64,000 nt of DNA from an uncultured Bacilli bacterium (GTDB taxonomy: Bacteria > Bacillota_I > Bacilli_A > RFN20 > CAG-631): positions 32,568-96,567 of the forward strand of contig CANQTM010000001.1 of assembly GCA_947626825.1 (NCBI GenBank), read 5' to 3'. The stretch's first letter is position 1. Every line of letters starts with the position of its first letter. Below are positions 40,762 to 50,299 of this stretch, in pieces. Made by a program: the position numbers and the translations under genes. The notes beneath the pieces are model-generated. The model made no database searches. It worked only from the letters and a program-made list of their open reading frames with translations, and was not told the origin of the DNA.

Positions 40762-41076
40762 AAATATTTTTCTCCTTTTGTAGATATATTTTTTGAAAAA
40801 AGGCAATAATAAAAATAAGTCATCTTTCGCGTTTATGCTTAAAATGGTTATTAAATATCTACGAAATGATTATATTACTTATTAATTTGTAATTTCAAGA
40901 AAAATTTTTTAAAAAAGTATTGCATATTTGATAAATTATGTAATATAATATATATTTTTGTAAAAAAATAAAAAAATATGTCGAAAATCACTAATTTTTT
41001 ATTTGAATCACAAATTATCAATAAAAATAAAAAAAGAATTTGTAATTTTTTAAAGAAGGATACATTTTTAAATCTT

Positions 41077-41202
41077 TGGACATTTAAATATTTAACTAAT
41101 TTCCTTTTTGTGCTATATTGTGTATAGGTAGTTAAATAAAAAACCATAGTAAAAATTCAATAGTAATTTCCGTTTGTCAAACTAAATTGCTACTGCTAAA
41201 TG
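41077..41202. repeat. Direct repeat copy 1 (~126 bp, ~97% identical to 42172..42296)
   Basis: The string tggacatttaaatatttaactaatttcctttttgtgctatattgtgtat(a/g)ggtagttaaataaaaaaccatagtaaaaattcaatagtaatttccgtttgtcaaactaaattgctac is present twice. Contains an extended -10-like TGCTATATT. Confidence 0.85.
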
Positions 41203-41298
41203 TATATTTGTTGATGAGGTTTCCTATCTTTATTGATTTTCACAATATTTAGAAAAGAATTCTAAAAATAAATTAAGAAAATATAACAAAATAAAATG

Positions 41299-41335
41299 CT
41301 GAACCTTTAAAATTTGTTCAGCAATTTTTTTTTAA
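41299..41335. terminator. Hairpin plus T run (bidirectional terminator candidate)
   Basis: gctgaac-ctttaaaattt-gttcagc followed by T9. Confidence 0.5.
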
Positions 41336-41365
41336 ACTATTAGAAGGTTGTTTGGGATTTACTTT

Positions 41366-41826
41366 TTATTTTTTTTCGTTCCAAATTCTTCTTGATTCAT
41401 TTAATGATATACTATTAGCTCCACCATCGCTATCAGGATATGTTTCTCCATATGTTTCATTTTCCCACCCGCATATTGGACAAATGTCATAATCATCAAC
41501 ATCTTTAAAAGTATATTTACCACATACTGGGCATTTATGTTTTATTGGCTTTGGGGCAATTGATGATAAATAATTATAATTTTTGTTTTTCTTTCTTAAT
41601 TTTAAAAAATTATTTCTTAATTCTTCTATATCATGGCCTTCTGAATCTTTAGCTTTTGGATTTTCTAGTTGCTCAAGATTATATTTCCAACCACAAATAT
41701 AACAAAAGCGATCTAATCCATCTTCCCCCCTCATTAATTAGAATTTTGGTTAATTTGGGAAAATAAAATTCGTTGCACACAGGGCATTTAGTTGGTCTAT
41801 ATTTTTTTTCCTTCATGTTATTTTTC
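41366..41826 (-). pseudogene. Tandem CPCC-family cysteine-rich zinc-ribbon protein, frame broken at a G6 (C6 on + strand) homopolymer
   Basis: ATG at 41826 (MKEKKYRPTKCPVCNEFYFPK...) continues into the annotated 41366..41734 frame only if the G-run at 41725-41730 is one base shorter. The C-terminal CPVCGKYTF..YDICPICGWE..GGANSISL matches the CPCC domain. Confidence 0.5.
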
Positions 41827-42171
41827 CTTTCTTTTCTTTTGATTTAAATAGTACTTATATTCATCCTGAGGACAAAAACAAGTAATTACAATTCCATTTT
41901 TACTGATAATTGCAAATTCATTAGTCTTTATATTGTATTTAAAAGTAGATCCTTTTTTATCAACAAACAAGTTTTCTGTTTAAGTTTTCCTTATTTATTT
42001 TTAAATTTTTAGAGGAATAAAAAGTAATACTAACTTATTAAATAAAGTAATTCTATAAAATAGTATGTAATATTATTTTTATATAGTATTTTTGTTCAAT
42101 TCCTTTTCTATAATGATTTATAACAAATTATCATAATATTGTAAACACATAAAATTTATTTTTTAAATTTC

Positions 42172-42296
42172 TGGACATTTAAATATTTAACTAATTTCCT
42201 TTTTGTGCTATATTGTGTATGGGTAGTTAAATAAAAAACCATAGTAAAAATTCAATAGTAATTTCCGTTTGTCAAACTAAATTGCTACCGTTAATG
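42172..42296. repeat. Direct repeat copy 2
   Basis: See copy 1. Similarity continues at lower identity for ~35 bp beyond both ends. Confidence 0.85.
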
Positions 42297-42336
42297 CCTA
42301 TTTTTTTTAGTGGTTTCCTACTTGTTATTTTAATTT

Positions 42337-42410
42337 GTTACTTTAAAAGTGCTGGTTTTAAAGTAACATCTTTAGGATTGATTTCTACAATCCTAATTTT
42401 TTTTAGAAAT
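42337..42410 (+). terminator. Two consecutive hairpins upstream of nagA (second is a canonical intrinsic terminator)
   Basis: gttactttaaa-N9-tttaaagtaac, followed by aggatt-N11-aatcct and a T9 run. Confidence 0.45.
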
Positions 42411-42560
42411 CATCACTGTAATAAATTGATTGTAATTTATATATAAAAAAATATTTAATTTATTTTTTTAAAATTATTTTAATTGTGAAATAGACATTTA
42501 AAAATTATCTTTTTTTTTAATTTTTAGTAGTGTAAAATATTTTTTGTGGAGGGACAAAAA

Positions 42561-43691
42561 ATGGTCATTAAAAATTTAAAAATTGTTACTTTAAAAAAGA
42601 TCATTGAACATGGTTATATTGAAATAACAAATACAAAAATTACTAATATACAAGAAGGCGATTATAACAAAGATGATTCTGATGTCATAGATGGTCAAAA
42701 TCACATAGCCATGCCTGGTTTTATTGATATTCATATTCATGGCTCTTGTGGTATTGATTTTATGGATGCTGATGTAGAAGATATAAAAACTATTGCTAAA
42801 GCATTATATAGTGAAGGAACAACAACATTTTTAGCTACAACTTTAACAAGTGATACAAAATCTTTAGAAAAAGTATGTAAGGTTGTTGCTAAGGCCAAAA
42901 AAGAAGTTGCTTCTTTAGGTGGTATTCATTTTGAAGGGCCATATATTAATGCTAAATATAAAGGTGCCCAAAATGAAGCTTTTATTAGAGACCCAAACAT
43001 AGAAGAATTTAATCATCTTGTAAAATTGTCATCTAATAATGTTCGTTATATTTCTTTAGCACCTGAAAAAAATAATGCTATGGAATTTATTGCTAATGCT
43101 GTAAAACATGGAGTAACTGTTTCTGCTGGTCATACAGATGCAACATTTAATGATATTGAAAAAGCAATCTCATATGGATTAACTAATACAACTCATACTC
43201 ATAATGCAATGAGTGGTCATCATCATAGAAATCCTGGCGTAGTAACTGCAGCAATGTATTTTGATAATTTGTTTACAGAAGCTATTTGTGATGGCATTCA
43301 TGTTTGTCCAAATTCTTTAAAAACATTTTATAAGATAGTTGGACCTGATAGATTTATCATTGTTACTGATGCATTGCTTGGAAAACATTCAAATATAAAT
43401 GAATTTAAATTATTTGGTTTAGATTGTATTAAAAAAGACGGTGCTGCTTATTTAACAACAGGGCCTTTGGCTGGATCTTTGTTAACAATGGATCAAGGTG
43501 TTAGAAATATGCGTGATTATACAAATGCATCATTAATTGATTTAGCTAAAATATCTTCAACTAATGCTGCAAGAGCACTTCATTTTAAAGATCGTGGTGT
43601 TTTAGCAAAAGGAAAATTAGCCGATATTGTTTTACTTGATGATTCTTTAAATGTTGTTAATGTTTATAAACTTGGAGAAAAAGTTTATTAA
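42561..43691 (+). CDS. nagA: N-acetylglucosamine-6-phosphate deacetylase
   Basis: HIHG metal-binding motif and amidohydrolase fold. GGAGGG RBS before the ATG at 42561. Confidence 0.8.
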   Translation: MVIKNLKIVTLKKIIEHGYIEITNTKITNIQEGDYNKDDSDVIDGQNHIAMPGFIDIHIHGSCGIDFMDADVEDIKTIAKALYSEGTTTFLATTLTSDTKSLEKVCKVVAKAKKEVASLGGIHFEGPYINAKYKGAQNEAFIRDPNIEEFNHLVKLSSNNVRYISLAPEKNNAMEFIANAVKHGVTVSAGHTDATFNDIEKAISYGLTNTTHTHNAMSGHHHRNPGVVTAAMYFDNLFTEAICDGIHVCPNSLKTFYKIVGPDRFIIVTDALLGKHSNINEFKLFGLDCIKKDGAAYLTTGPLAGSLLTMDQGVRNMRDYTNASLIDLAKISSTNAARALHFKDRGVLAKGKLADIVLLDDSLNVVNVYKLGEKVY

Positions 43692-44230
43692 TGTATTTTG
43701 ATGATGTAAATAAAAAATATTTAATATTAGATATTGAAGGTAATTCTTTGGCAGATGAAAGCCAAAGAAAAATAACTCAATTTGCTGGAATTGTTTTGCA
43801 AAACCATCATGAAGTTCAATTAATTAATTGGTACAATCGAAATGTTAATTTAATAAATCCTTATGTAGTTAGAATGAACAAAATTTCTGTTGAATATTGT
43901 AAAAAAATAGGATATGCAGAAAAACATTTAATAAATAATATTTATCAATTATTAAAAAATTGTGATGTTATTTATGCTTATGGTTGTGAGTTTGATAAGG
44001 CAATTTTAAAATTAATGTTTGCTAAATATCATTTAGATATTAACAAAGTAGTTTTGTATGATGTTATCAACGATGTTAAAAAATATTTAAATCCATCAAA
44101 AAACAAATTAGAAGTTGCTGCTATGGAATATGGTTTTCAAAAAACATCATTCCATGATGCATTAGTAGATTGCTATGCCACTTTACATTTAATGAAAACT
44201 ATAGAAACAATGAAAGGAATAACCAATTGA
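43691..44230 (+). CDS. DEDDh-family 3'-5' exonuclease (DnaQ-like domain)
   Basis: Exo I LILDIEG and Exo III FHDALVDCYAT. Start overlaps the nagA stop (TAATG). Confidence 0.55.
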   Translation: MYFDDVNKKYLILDIEGNSLADESQRKITQFAGIVLQNHHEVQLINWYNRNVNLINPYVVRMNKISVEYCKKIGYAEKHLINNIYQLLKNCDVIYAYGCEFDKAILKLMFAKYHLDINKVVLYDVINDVKKYLNPSKNKLEVAAMEYGFQKTSFHDALVDCYATLHLMKTIETMKGITN

Positions 44231-44676
44231 TGATTTATCTTGTGTGTGTTGGCAATTTAAAAGAAAAATATTTGGAATTGGCTTGTAGTGAATATAGTAA
44301 AAGAATAAGTCGTTATAGTCAAATTAAAATAATTGAATGTAAAGAATCAATAGTTAATAATATTAATGTGGCTTTAAAAAATGAAGCCCAAGACATTATT
44401 AAGTCCTGCAAAGGTTATGTTATTAAACTTGCTATCAATGGTGAACAATTAAGTAGTGAACAACTAGCAAAAAAAATAGAAAATATAACTGTAAATGGTT
44501 ATTCTGACATTACTTTTATTATTGGTTCATCATATGGATTAGATGAAAATATTAAAGCAGATTTTTCTTTAAGCATTTCTAAAATGACATTTCCTCATCA
44601 ATTGGCAAGAGTTATTTTACTTGAACAAATTTATCGTGCATTTACGATTTTAAATAATACTCCTTATCATAAATAA
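44230..44676 (+). CDS. rlmH: 23S rRNA (pseudouridine1915-N3)-methyltransferase RlmH
   Basis: SPOUT-fold length and motifs. ATG overlaps the preceding TGA (TGATG). Confidence 0.7.
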   Translation: MIYLVCVGNLKEKYLELACSEYSKRISRYSQIKIIECKESIVNNINVALKNEAQDIIKSCKGYVIKLAINGEQLSSEQLAKKIENITVNGYSDITFIIGSSYGLDENIKADFSLSISKMTFPHQLARVILLEQIYRAFTILNNTPYHK

Positions 44677-44678
44677 AA

Positions 44679-44709
44679 AATAAGTGTTAAATTCACTTAT
44701 TTTTTATTG
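44679..44709. terminator. Rho-independent terminator
   Basis: ataagtg-N7-cacttat followed by T6. Confidence 0.5.
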
Positions 44710-45730
44710 TTAGCTTATGATATTGTTTTTTTGTTTTTAAATTTACAATTATTTCATGAGGATCAATTTTATTTAATAATGCTAAAGATTCAATTGGAAC
44801 ATTATGTCCAAAAATTTCTATTTCATTATTTAAATCAAAATAACTATTTGAAAAAAATGTAGAATAATCCATAGAAATTTTTCCTGCTTGTTTTAAAAAC
44901 GCATAATTTGTATATACAATTGAGTCATTAAATCTTGGTAATCCTTGTCCATAACCTATTGGTAAAATATATAAATATCCATCACTTGAAGTAGTATATG
45001 ATAAATCATAACCTACTTGTTCATTTTTTTTGATTGTTTTAATATCTAAAATTGGAGCTTTCAATGTTAATGCCAAATGTAAAAAAGTACTTCTTTCGCC
45101 AATGCCATAAAGTTTAAGACCAACTCTAATATAATTTGTTATATTATCAAAATATTCATTTAATGAATTAGAAGCATGGCAATGTATAATCAAATTTTTA
45201 TAATTAAGCATTTTTACTAATTTTTCAAATTTATAATAAAAAGCATGGTCTTTATCATCTGTAGGAATATGGGTTAAAGCACCGACCAAGTTATAATTTT
45301 TTGGTTTACTATTTAATATTTTAATAGCTTTTATTGCATCAATCTCATTTAGTCCAAGTCTATTCATTCCTGTATTAAATTTAATATGAAAAGGAATGAG
45401 ACTATTTTTTAATAATTTTAATTGATCTAAAGAATTTAAAATAACACTAATATTATATTTTTTAATAAAATCAAGATCATTTTCATCAAAAACATTTAAA
45501 TACAAAATATCTTTAGCAAAATTATTTTCTCTTAATAATTTTGCTTCATTTAGATGATTAATAGCAATAATAAGGCCATCTTCATTTTCTAAAGTTTTAG
45601 CAATTTCTATTAAACCTAAACCATATGCATTATCTTTTAAAACAGCAATAACATTTTTTTTATAAAAACATTTAAGATGACGATAATTATAAAGTATGGA
45701 ATCTAAATCAATATGAAGTATTGCTTCTTT
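44693..45730 (-). CDS. alr: Alanine racemase
   Basis: PLP-lysine motif AVLKDNAYGLG. Confidence 0.8.
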   Translation of the reverse strand, partial: KEAILHIDLDSILYNYRHLKCFYKKNVIAVLKDNAYGLGLIEIAKTLENEDGLIIAINHLNEAKLLRENNFAKDILYLNVFDENDLDFIKKYNISVILNSLDQLKLLKNSLIPFHIKFNTGMNRLGLNEIDAIKAIKILNSKPKNYNLVGALTHIPTDDKDHAFYYKFEKLVKMLNYKNLIIHCHASNSLNEYFDNITNYIRVGLKLYGIGERSTFLHLALTLKAPILDIKTIKKNEQVGYDLSYTTSSDGYLYILPIGYGQGLPRFNDSIVYTNYAFLKQAGKISMDYSTFFSNSYFDLNNEIEIFGHNVPIESLALLNKIDPHEIIVNLKTKKQYHKLTIKNK

Positions 45731-45856
45731 CATAAAATCACCCATTTAATAGTATGATGTTAAAAGAAGTTTCATACTTAAATAAATTTAGATTTAAAAT
45801 ATTATAAAAAAAGTTCAAAAACCTAATAGTTCTTGAACTTTTAAAAATAAATTAAA

Positions 45857-46429
45857 TTAATAAAGGATAATTCCAATGCCGCCTGTAACTGTAGCTATAA
45901 TTCCAGTAGTCATTGCATATGCTTTAACATTTCCAAATTTACAACATAATGAAATCATAACGCCACTAACAATTAATAATCCAGCAATAACGAAATCCAT
46001 AACTAACCAAAATCTATTGCTTCTATGACTAATAATAAATTTTATAAGGATTAATAAACCATATACTCCAATTAAAATACCAGCAATAAGATAAATGTAG
46101 TAATTTAAATCTGTAGCAAAACGTACTAATAGGACACCACATATAATTAATAAAATACCAATTAGTAAATTAATAGTTGCACCTTTTGTTTTGTCCTTAT
46201 CTTTATCTTTTTTAAATAAAGTTTTTAAATTTCCTGAGCACAATAAAACGCCAACTAGTAACATAATAACACCAACCAATTCAATTATACTTTGAAAAAA
46301 TTGTTCATTGTTTAATAATAGTAGCATTACTCCAAAAAGTGCTGTTATAAAACCAGCATAACGAACTGCGGCATTACCAAAGATGTCGTTTTTTGCACCA
46401 TTGAACATGTTTTTCATTGTTCTTGCCAT
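45857..46429 (-). CDS. Hypothetical membrane protein (HdeD/DUF308-like)
   Basis: Six short TM helices with small-residue-rich repeats. Confidence 0.35.
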   Translation of the reverse strand: MARTMKNMFNGAKNDIFGNAAVRYAGFITALFGVMLLLLNNEQFFQSIIELVGVIMLLVGVLLCSGNLKTLFKKDKDKDKTKGATINLLIGILLIICGVLLVRFATDLNYYIYLIAGILIGVYGLLILIKFIISHRSNRFWLVMDFVIAGLLIVSGVMISLCCKFGNVKAYAMTTGIIATVTGGIGIILY

Positions 46430-46550
46430 AATAATTTCCTCCGTTTTCTTCTAGAAATATTTTATCATTTTTCATTTGGTTTGACTACTACAAAATAAAA
46501 AAAGATGATAACTTTTATATATTATCATCAATTTAATAAATTATTTAAAA

Positions 46551-47471
46551 TTAATTATCTAATTTTTCAACATCTTGTTTTGGCTTAGAAGTTTTCTTTT
46601 TAACATAATATTCACTAAGTAAAACACTAGCACAGCCTAATATTAGGCTAAATATAGAAAAAACGATAGTTAATGCATCAAATTTTACATTATATTCTGA
46701 AGATGTTATTGTAGAATAAATTATACTAAATGGCGATGCAACTAATAAGCCTAAAATTGTACAATAAATTGTCTTTGGAAATTTATTAAATAATTTTTCA
46801 ATTAATTTTGATACACCAACCAAACCAATTATGCATCCTAAAGAAAAACATACAAATAATAATACTCTAGGCCAATAATCTTGAGATCCAAATTCAAAGA
46901 TGTTTGTTAACCATTCTTTAATGTTAGTCATTATAAATGTGTAATAACCAAAAGCCATTAAAATTAATGAACCACTTATACCAGGTATAACCATAGCAGA
47001 TGATGATAAAGCGCCTAATAAAAATAAAATTATATATGTTGATACAGAAAAGCCTTTATCATTATTAGATTCTCCATTTTTACTAGCAATTGGTAAAATT
47101 ACCAAAATTGCGATTGCAATAATAAAGAAAATTACATCATAAACTTTTAATTTGCCTTTTTTGGACTCTTTAAATATTTGAGGAATACTGCCAATAACAA
47201 GTCCAACAAAGAACATAATTGTTATAAAAGGAATAACTTCTAATAATTTTGCAATTGTAAACATAGCAACAGCAAATCCAACAATAATTCCTAAAAACAA
47301 TGACCAACTTTTTTTAACTACATTTTTGAAATCATTAAACACATTGGCAAATGCATAAACAAATAAATCATATATTCTTAACATTACAGCCATAGTTCCA
47401 CCTGAAAATCCAGGAATGATATTGGCAATTCCTATGGCAATGCCTTTAAAAAAATGTATAACATGTTTCAT
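46551..47471 (-). CDS. DUF368-family membrane protein (putative polyprenyl-phosphate transporter PopT-like)
   Basis: Duplicated PG[FI]SG[GS] motifs (IIPGFSGGTMAVML and VIPGISGSLILMAFG). Start is either the ATG at 47471 or the TTG at 47504 overlapping the rbfA stop. Confidence 0.55.
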   Translation of the reverse strand: MKHVIHFFKGIAIGIANIIPGFSGGTMAVMLRIYDLFVYAFANVFNDFKNVVKKSWSLFLGIIVGFAVAMFTIAKLLEVIPFITIMFFVGLVIGSIPQIFKESKKGKLKVYDVIFFIIAIAILVILPIASKNGESNNDKGFSVSTYIILFLLGALSSSAMVIPGISGSLILMAFGYYTFIMTNIKEWLTNIFEFGSQDYWPRVLLFVCFSLGCIIGLVGVSKLIEKLFNKFPKTIYCTILGLLVASPFSIIYSTITSSEYNVKFDALTIVFSIFSLILGCASVLLSEYYVKKKTSKPKQDVEKLDN

Positions 47472-47500
47472 ATTAATACCTAAATGCCGTTTTATTCGGT

Positions 47501-47842
47501 TCAATCTTTCTTTTTGCTTTCATTTAATAATTGTTCAATATGACGATAATTATCAATAGATTCATCAATTTTAAACACTATTTCAGGTACTTTTCTTAAT
47601 GCAACTTCGTGACCAAGTTCTGTTCTAATGAAACCTTTTATTTTATTTAATGCTTCGAATTTTTCATGATTTGGATCATTTAAAATAGATACATAAACAT
47701 AGCAATATGATAAATCTCTGGTAACTTTAGCTGCAGTTATTGTAACAAATCCTATCTTATCACTTTTAACTTTATATTGAACTATATCTGAAATAGCTTT
47801 TTGAACAATACTTGATATTCGATCTGTTCTCTTTTCGTTCAT
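47501..47842 (-). CDS. rbfA: Ribosome-binding factor A
   Basis: KH-like RbfA motifs. Position after infB. Confidence 0.85.
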   Translation of the reverse strand: MNEKRTDRISSIVQKAISDIVQYKVKSDKIGFVTITAAKVTRDLSYCYVYVSILNDPNHEKFEALNKIKGFIRTELGHEVALRKVPEIVFKIDESIDNYRHIEQLLNESKKKD

Positions 47843-47844
47843 TT

Positions 47845-49728
47845 TTATTTCCTTTCAACTTCTTGCATCTCATATCCTTCGATAATATCTAATTCTTTAA
47901 TATCATTATATCCATCAATCATCATACCACATTCAAATCCTTCTTTAACTTCTTTGACATCATCTTTGAATCTTTTTAGTGATGATAATTTCCCCTCATA
48001 AACGACAATACCAGCACGAATTAGACGAACAGTAGCATTAGATTTAATTACACCTAATGTTACATAACATCCAGCAATAACGCCTACTTTACCAACTTTA
48101 AATGTTTGTCTTACTTCTGCCTGTCCTGTAACAACTTCTTTATAAATTGGTTTTAGCATGCCTTTCATTGCGGCTGTCATTTCTTCTAATAAATTATAAA
48201 TAATATTATGAAGACGTATATCAACTCCTTCTTCAAGTGCTTTTCTTCTAACAATTGAATCAGGACGAACATTAAATCCATAAATAATTGCATTACTTGT
48301 TTTAGCAAGTAATACATCTGATTCTGTAATTGCACCTGCATATGATGCAATGACATTTACAGATACATCTTCTACTTTTAGTTTCTCTAAAGCATTTTTA
48401 ACAGCTTCTGCAGAACCTTGAACATCAGCTCGTATAATAACATTAATTTCTTGATGTTCACCTGATGTTGCAATAAATGATTCAAGCGTATTAGCACTTG
48501 TTACTTTTCTTTCTGATAATATTTTTGCTTCTTTACGTTTAGCAGCGATTTCTCGCGCCATTTTTTCGTTTTCAAAAGCCATGAATTTATCGCCAGCTGT
48601 AGGAACATCTTGTAATCCAGAAACTTCAATTGGTGATGAAGGTCCAGCTTCAGATAATTGTCTTCCAAAATCATCTCTTAATTGTCTTACTTTACCAAAA
48701 CATGTACCAGCGACAACACAATCACCTATTCTTAAAGTCCCATTTTGAACTAAAAATGTTGCAATAGGTCCTCTTTGTTTATCAAGTTTGGCTTCAACAA
48801 TTGTACCTAATGCATATCTATTAGGGTTAGCTTTAAGATTTTCCATTTCTGCAACAAGCAAAATTGTTTCTAACAATTCATCAAGACCTGTACCAACTTT
48901 GGCAGAAATCTTTCGATAAATTGTACTTCCTCCCCATTCTTCAGGCATTAAGCCTAAATCTGACATTTGTTGAACAACTCTATCATAATTAGCTGCAGGT
49001 TTATCCATTTTATTGACTGCAACAATAATTGGTACGTGAGCGGCTTTGGCGTGGTTTACTGCTTCAATTGTTTGTGGTTTCACACCATCATCGGCAGCAA
49101 CTACAATAATAACAATATCAGTTATTTTTGCTCCTCTAGCACGCATTTCTGTAAATGCTTCATGTCCTGGAGTATCAATAAAAGTAATTTTGTTTCCTTT
49201 AACTGTTGTTTGATAAGCACCAATATGTTGTGTAATACCACCAAATTCACCGGCAACAACTCGAGATTTTCTAATTGCATCTAATAATGTTGTCTTACCA
49301 TGGTCAACATGTCCCATAATAGTAACAACAGGTGGTCTTTCGACAAGCATCGTAGGATCATCATTTATTTCCATTTCTTCAAAATTTTCTAAAGCAACTA
49401 TTTTTTCTTTTTGTACTTCATATCCAAATTTTAATGCGACAAGTTCAATATAATCATCATTCAATGTTGTATTGACATTAACCATAATTTTTTCTAAAAA
49501 TAAAGAGCGGACAATATCAACGGCTGAAACACCTAATTTTTCAGAAAGTTCTGTGACAGTTAGTGGTCCACTATAAACCAAAACACCATCATTTAATTTG
49601 TTTTTAATATCTTGCTTATTCATTTTATGATTATTAACATTTGATATTAAAGAACCTTTTTTCTTGTTTTGGAAATGTTGACTTTTATTATTAGGTTTTT
49701 TATTTGAATAGTTTTTGTTAGTTCCCAT
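47845..49728 (-). CDS. infB: Translation initiation factor IF-2 (short N-terminus)
   Basis: G-domain [20 protein letters not shown] and NKMD. Confidence 0.95.
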   Translation of the reverse strand: MGTNKNYSNKKPNNKSQHFQNKKKGSLISNVNNHKMNKQDIKNKLNDGVLVYSGPLTVTELSEKLGVSAVDIVRSLFLEKIMVNVNTTLNDDYIELVALKFGYEVQKEKIVALENFEEMEINDDPTMLVERPPVVTIMGHVDHGKTTLLDAIRKSRVVAGEFGGITQHIGAYQTTVKGNKITFIDTPGHEAFTEMRARGAKITDIVIIVVAADDGVKPQTIEAVNHAKAAHVPIIVAVNKMDKPAANYDRVVQQMSDLGLMPEEWGGSTIYRKISAKVGTGLDELLETILLVAEMENLKANPNRYALGTIVEAKLDKQRGPIATFLVQNGTLRIGDCVVAGTCFGKVRQLRDDFGRQLSEAGPSSPIEVSGLQDVPTAGDKFMAFENEKMAREIAAKRKEAKILSERKVTSANTLESFIATSGEHQEINVIIRADVQGSAEAVKNALEKLKVEDVSVNVIASYAGAITESDVLLAKTSNAIIYGFNVRPDSIVRRKALEEGVDIRLHNIIYNLLEEMTAAMKGMLKPIYKEVVTGQAEVRQTFKVGKVGVIAGCYVTLGVIKSNATVRLIRAGIVVYEGKLSSLKRFKDDVKEVKEGFECGMMIDGYNDIKELDIIEGYEMQEVERK

Positions 49729-50041
49729 TTGAAAATCCTCCTTTATTTAAATTTTCTAAAAATTTCTTAGTTAAATTAGCATCTAAAATACCAAACGAAG
49801 AGATATTTTTATTAAAAATGTGATACATTTCATCTTTTGTTAAAAGATTAATATAAGGAATGTTGTAATATTGGCATTTATCACATAATTTTTTTTGATT
49901 TGCATGTCCCATGTCAGTTGCCATTACAACCAAATTAATTTTTTGAAAACGAAGTTTATATAAAAGTGTTTCACCAAAGCAATAATTATTTGATTTTGCA
50001 ATAATACGGAGTGTATTTATATATAAACTATTGTTGTTCAT
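49718..50041 (-). CDS. ylxQ: L7Ae/L30e-family RNA-binding protein YlxQ
   Basis: Position between ylxR and infB. L7Ae-like length. Confidence 0.6.
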   Translation of the reverse strand: MNNNSLYINTLRIIAKSNNYCFGETLLYKLRFQKINLVVMATDMGHANQKKLCDKCQYYNIPYINLLTKDEMYHIFNKNISSFGILDANLTKKFLENLNKGGFSNGN

Positions 50042-50297
50042 TGATAATTATTTTTCTTATCCTTTCGTAAACGGCACTATCTATTTGACATTCAAGAGCC
50101 TTTTCTAAATTTTTATTTTTAATTGCTAATTCTAATACTGATAAATCTTTTTTGATATAAGCACCTCTACCATTTGCTTTAGAACTTAAATCTACAAATA
50201 CTTCACCTTCATTATTTTTAACGATTCTTAATAAATCTTTTTTTGGTAAACGTTCTTGTGTAACAACACATTTACGTAATGGTATTTTTTTAATCAT
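50028..50297 (-). CDS. ylxR: YlxR/RnpM (DUF448) RNA-binding protein
   Basis: PLRKCVVTQERLPKKDLLRIV..GRGAYI motif. Confidence 0.75.
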   Translation of the reverse strand: MIKKIPLRKCVVTQERLPKKDLLRIVKNNEGEVFVDLSSKANGRGAYIKKDLSVLELAIKNKNLEKALECQIDSAVYERIRKIIINEQQ

Positions 50298-50299
50298 TA

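Noticed and set aside
40875-41147. 90-aa minus-strand ORF in the spacer upstream of the BY-kinase gene.
   Set aside because: It is a highly AT-rich, low-complexity frame that overlaps direct-repeat copy 1 and promoter-like DNA. It has no RBS and is probably non-coding leader or spacer.
42296-42336. AGTGGT half-site resembling a NagR (dre) operator upstream of nagA.
   Set aside because: Only one hexamer matches, and the partner half-site is not palindromic. The evidence is insufficient to call an operator.
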